A stretch of DNA of 19,491 bases from Nitrospinota bacterium (GTDB lineage Bacteria > UBA8248), in assembly GCA_030754595.1 (NCBI GenBank), contig JASLZZ010000099.1, positions 1 to 19,491 on the forward strand. Reading direction: 5' to 3'. The notes under the pieces were generated by a model. It saw only the letters and a list, made by a program, of their open reading frames with translations, made no database searches and was not told where the DNA came from. The first letter of the stretch is position 1; each line of letters opens with the position of its first letter. Made by a program: the position numbers and the translations under genes. Below are positions 16,503-19,491 of the stretch, piece after piece.

Positions 16503-17492
16503 TCAGCGGGTGCGCCGCTTGTCCCGCTTTTCCTCGTACATCTTGAAGTCCGCCTCGTCGAGCAGTTTGTCGAGCGAGGGCGTGTTGCCGGGGGAGTAGT
16601 GCGCCACGCCGATGCTGAAGGAGATTTTTATGTCCGGGCGCTTGCGTTCGTTGTGAGCGCTGAGGTTTTTCCGGAGACGCTCGGCGATTCTATCGGCGCT
16701 GTCGGTCCTGTCGGCGCTGTCGAAGGCGAGAATCGTGAACTCATCTCCCGCGTAGCGGCCGATGATGTCCGGGCGGCGCACCGTCTTTCGAAGAATCGCA
16801 CCTGTTTCGATCAGGGCCTGATCGCCTTCGAGGTGGCCGAATTCGTCGTTGATCCATTTGAGGCCGTCGAGGTCCAGAAAGAAAAGGGACATCCCCCAAC
16901 CCTGACGCTGGGCGAGGGTCAACTGCCGGTTGGCGGCTTCGACGAACCCTCTCCGGTTGAACAGACCCGTCAAAGGGTCCACATCCGAGAGGGCCCGAAG
17001 CTGCGCCTCCATGTTGGCCCGCTCGGTAATATCGTGGATGGAGACGATGTAAATTTTCTCTCGGCCAAGTTTCGCTTCCACCGCACGAATCTCGGCCACC
17101 CGATCCCGCCGGCCGGTCTTCGCGAGGGTCGCTTCCTGGGGACGCTGGGGATCGACCACATAGTGAAACTTTTGGCCGATCATCTTTCCACCCCTGGATT
17201 TCAAGAACTTCTCGGCGGCGGAATTGAGATAGCGAATCGTCCCGTCTCTATCGACGGCGACGATTCCATCCGGCGAGTTCCTCACAAGGATTTCGCCCAA
17301 GCCGTCCAGGTCCGGTTTCGAGCCCTTGGAGGCGGGCTTCCCGCCAGACCGTTTCGCCTTAACCTTCGCCTTCAGGGTTTTTTTCCGAGAGACGGTTTTC
17401 TTCTTTTTCGCGGCGGTCTTTTTTTTCGCGGCAGATTTCTTGGCAGTGGATTTCTTGGCGGTGGATTTTTTCTTCGCTACAGCCCTAACCAT
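16503..17492 (-). CDS. Diguanylate cyclase (PAS + GGDEF) with a Lys/Ala-rich histone-H1-like N-terminal extension
   Basis: PDGIVAVDRDGTIRYLN (PAS), DPLTGLFNRR, FLDLDGLKWINDEFGHLEGD, RRPDIIGRYAGDEF and ADFKMYEEK. The start is uncertain (ATG 17492 or 17501). Confidence 0.9.
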   Translation of the reverse strand: MVRAVAKKKSTAKKSTAKKSAAKKKTAAKKKKTVSRKKTLKAKVKAKRSGGKPASKGSKPDLDGLGEILVRNSPDGIVAVDRDGTIRYLNSAAEKFLKSRGGKMIGQKFHYVVDPQRPQEATLAKTGRRDRVAEIRAVEAKLGREKIYIVSIHDITERANMEAQLRALSDVDPLTGLFNRRGFVEAANRQLTLAQRQGWGMSLFFLDLDGLKWINDEFGHLEGDQALIETGAILRKTVRRPDIIGRYAGDEFTILAFDSADRTDSADRIAERLRKNLSAHNERKRPDIKISFSIGVAHYSPGNTPSLDKLLDEADFKMYEEKRDKRRTR

Positions 17493-17625
17493 TGACTCCA
17501 TTCCCGACTTGACCGGACGAAAACCGAAGACGCCTTGGCAACAAGCGCCAGGATAACCGTTCACTCACCCTTGTCCGAAGGCGGTCGGATGAACCGAGAA
17601 TCTATAAACCCGGGCGGGCTCAAAC

Positions 17626-17645
17626 ATGCATTTAACAAAATGCAT
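17626..17645. promoter_or_regulatory. Operator-like inverted repeat in the divergent intergenic region
   Basis: ATGCATTT-AACA-AAATGCAT: perfect 8-bp arms in an AT-rich patch. Confidence 0.4.
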
Positions 17646-18066
17646 TATTTTGAAAGCGGATGGTATCCCAAGAGCTTTAATCAAATAAACCTCGGCGGGC
17701 CACCGCAGGGGGGCAAAGCGATAACTTTCACCTAATCAACATACTACAAGGTAAATTTCACGGCCGAATTTTTCCTCGCCAACGCCTTTCAACCAACCGG
17801 GCGCCATCTTGCCCCGAAACAAGACCTCCACCCCTCCAAAATCCCCGGGCCCGCCGGGAGCGGATTCCGATCACCGGCGCCCGCGCTCCAAACGTCAGTT
17901 CCCCAAACGCCATTATTCCCGAGGAAAAATGAACACCTTTTTCGCCCCTCTCTTATAAGTAACCCGGCCCCTTCTTGCGGCCCCGATCGAAGAGATGTCT
18001 AATCAGGATGCCGCGTATCAAGATGCCGGATCAGGTTATGCCGATGTAACAATAGGAGTCTCTTCC

Positions 18067-19119
18067 GTGACCAAGGCCTTCGCCACCACCGTAATCGGCA
18101 GCATGCCCAAGCCGCCCTGGCTCCTCGAGCGGCGGGCCATGAACGATCCCGCCGCGGATCACCACGGCAAGGGCGCCGACTGGCTCCCGGCCCCGGACCT
18201 TCTCCCCCAGGCCCAGGACGACGCCTGCCGCCTCGCCATACACGATCAGGAGCGCGCCGGCATCGACATCATCAGCGACGGCGAGCAGCGGCGAAAATCC
18301 TACCTCACCTACATCACCATGCAGCTAAGCGGCATCGACTACGGGCGGACCGTGCCGAAGCTGGCGCGAAACGGCAGGCGGACCATCCAGGCCGGCCGGG
18401 TCACCGGGCCCATCCGCCGGGAGGGCCCGCTGCTCAAGGACGACCTGCTCTTCCTGATGCGCGAAGCCGCCGCCCCCGTCAAGATCACCCTGCCCGGCCC
18501 CATGACGGTCTGGGACACTGTGGCCGACGAGCACTACGGCGACGCGCGCGCGCTCGCCCTCGACTACGCGGCCGCCATCAACGGGGAGGCCCGCGAGCTC
18601 GACGCCCTCGGACCCGCCGTGATTCAGTTCGACGAGCCGGTCTTCAGCCGCTATCCGGCCCTCGTCGCCGAATGGGGTAACGAGGCGCTCGACCGCTGCC
18701 TCGAGGGCCTCGCCGCCCGGACCGCCGTCCACGTCTGCTACAGCTACCCGATGCCCGGCGTCGCCCGGCCCATCCAGGACAGCTACCCCGTCATCCTCGA
18801 GGAACTCGAAAAATCCCGGGCCGATTGTCTCGCCCTCGAGTTCGAGGCCTCGGGCCTTGACCCATCGCTGCTTCGCCTCTGCCCCTCGAAGACCGTCATC
18901 TTCGGCTGCATCGACAACGGGAGCGAAACGCCCGAAACCCCCGAGCACGTGGCCCGAAAACTCCTCGCCGCCGCCGAGCACCATCCGCCCGAAAAAATCC
19001 AGGCGGCCCCGGACTGCGGCCTCGTCCCCCTCGGCCGCGAATCCGCCTGCGCCAAGCTCGACGCCCTCGTCCGGGGCGCGCGGATCGCCCGCGAGCGGGT
19101 TGCGGGTGGCACCGAGTGA
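18067..19119 (+). CDS. Cobalamin-independent methionine synthase II family protein (single catalytic domain, MetE C-terminal-like)
   Basis: The likely start is GTG 18067 after AGGAG. TTVIGSMPKP, AGIDIISDGEQRR, KITLPGP and IQFDEP motifs; Zn ligands in VHVC, LEF and PDCG. Confidence 0.9.
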   Translation: MTKAFATTVIGSMPKPPWLLERRAMNDPAADHHGKGADWLPAPDLLPQAQDDACRLAIHDQERAGIDIISDGEQRRKSYLTYITMQLSGIDYGRTVPKLARNGRRTIQAGRVTGPIRREGPLLKDDLLFLMREAAAPVKITLPGPMTVWDTVADEHYGDARALALDYAAAINGEARELDALGPAVIQFDEPVFSRYPALVAEWGNEALDRCLEGLAARTAVHVCYSYPMPGVARPIQDSYPVILEELEKSRADCLALEFEASGLDPSLLRLCPSKTVIFGCIDNGSETPETPEHVARKLLAAAEHHPPEKIQAAPDCGLVPLGRESACAKLDALVRGARIARERVAGGTE

Positions 19120-19167
19120 ATAGCGAGGTGACACCGAGAGAGTAGCGAGGTGACCTGAGAGCGAGGA
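19100..19167. repeat. Degenerate approx. 22-bp tandem repeat spanning the stop codon of the MetE-like gene
   Basis: TTGCGGGTGGCACCGAGTGAA / TAGCGAGGTGACACCGAGAGAG / TAGCGAGGTGACCTGAGAG / CGAGGA. TAGCGAGGTGAC is exact at 19121 and 19143. Confidence 0.6.
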
Positions 19168-19234
19168 GCGCCGCCCCCGAGCCCTTGAGCCCAAGGCTCC
19201 CGAGGCAAACAAAACCGCCCCCCCGGCATTTCCC

Positions 19235-19350
19235 TGACCTGCCCCCAATAGTGGTACCAATCCCCATGCTACCCCAGGTTGGGCAGTCTAGCCCAAAGAG
19301 TACCGAAAATACTCTCATTCAGCATGGACCGGTTTTGAGGGGGAAGATCA
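19235..19350. mobile_element. 116-bp IS3-family (IS407-group-like) non-autonomous element with 5'-TG...CA-3' ends and no transposase
   Basis: Left end TGACCTGCCCCC--AATAGTGGTACCA aligns with the reverse complement of the right end, TGATCTTCCCCCTCAAAACCGGT-CCA. No matching target duplication (TCCC vs CTCA). Confidence 0.72.
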
Positions 19351-19491
19351 CTCAACCGTGTACTCGGATTCGCTCGTGTCGATCACTCCTCCCGGCTCGG
19401 TGATGAAGAAGGGGTCGAAGTTTTCGTACAGGGTGTGGGAGGCGACGCTCTGGGGCGAGCAGCGGACCTCGGGATCCATCGGCTCGATGAT
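19348..19491 (-). pseudogene. End of a truncated acyclic terpene utilization AtuA-like (DUF1446) gene; the 5' part lies beyond the window
   Basis: Manual translation gives IIEPMDPEVRCSPQSVASHTLYENFDPFFITEPGGVIDTSESEYTVE*. SVAxHTLYExxDP...PGG is an internal motif of AtuA-like proteins. The stop codon is the terminal TGA of the IS-like element. Confidence 0.65.

Noticed and set aside
17690..17760. c-di-GMP-I riboswitch near the diguanylate cyclase (GGGCAAAGC)
   Set aside because: Only a short partial match, on the strand opposite the cyclase. The GNRA-capped P2 and the second conserved stem are not evident.
19348..19350. TGA read-through in the AtuA-like gene
   Set aside because: The TGA coincides with the IS-like terminus, it is not at a Cys-equivalent position, and the downstream sequence does not look AtuA-like.

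Overview
GC-rich bacterial chromosomal segment, mostly metabolic/redox genes. Left to right: the 5' part of trpS and a site-2 protease gene (minus strand, behind a clear sigma70 promoter and a repeat-rich leader); an AT-richer lipoprotein gene; a nitroreductase; two tandem Gfo/Idh/MocA paralogues; a beta-hydroxyacid dehydrogenase; a two-subunit pyruvate/2-oxoacid:ferredoxin oxidoreductase; an Lpd/MerA-like flavoprotein broken by a TAA inside its redox motif; an NCS2 permease; an aldo/keto reductase; a glutaredoxin-DinB fusion; a Lys-rich PAS-GGDEF protein; a cobalamin-independent methionine synthase-like protein; and a truncated AtuA-like gene end. Three features are not explained by the ORF track. 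(1) A probable selenoprotein at 15683-16432: an NrdH/Grx-like domain with U-Y-T-C and an adjacent SECIS-like hairpin, fused to a DinB-like His-triad domain. (2) A 109-bp TA-flanked MITE inserted in frame in the lipoprotein gene, adding 37 aa. (3) A 116-bp IS3-family-like mini-element whose terminal TGA truncates the AtuA-like gene. All family calls come from motif recognition by eye; no searches were run.
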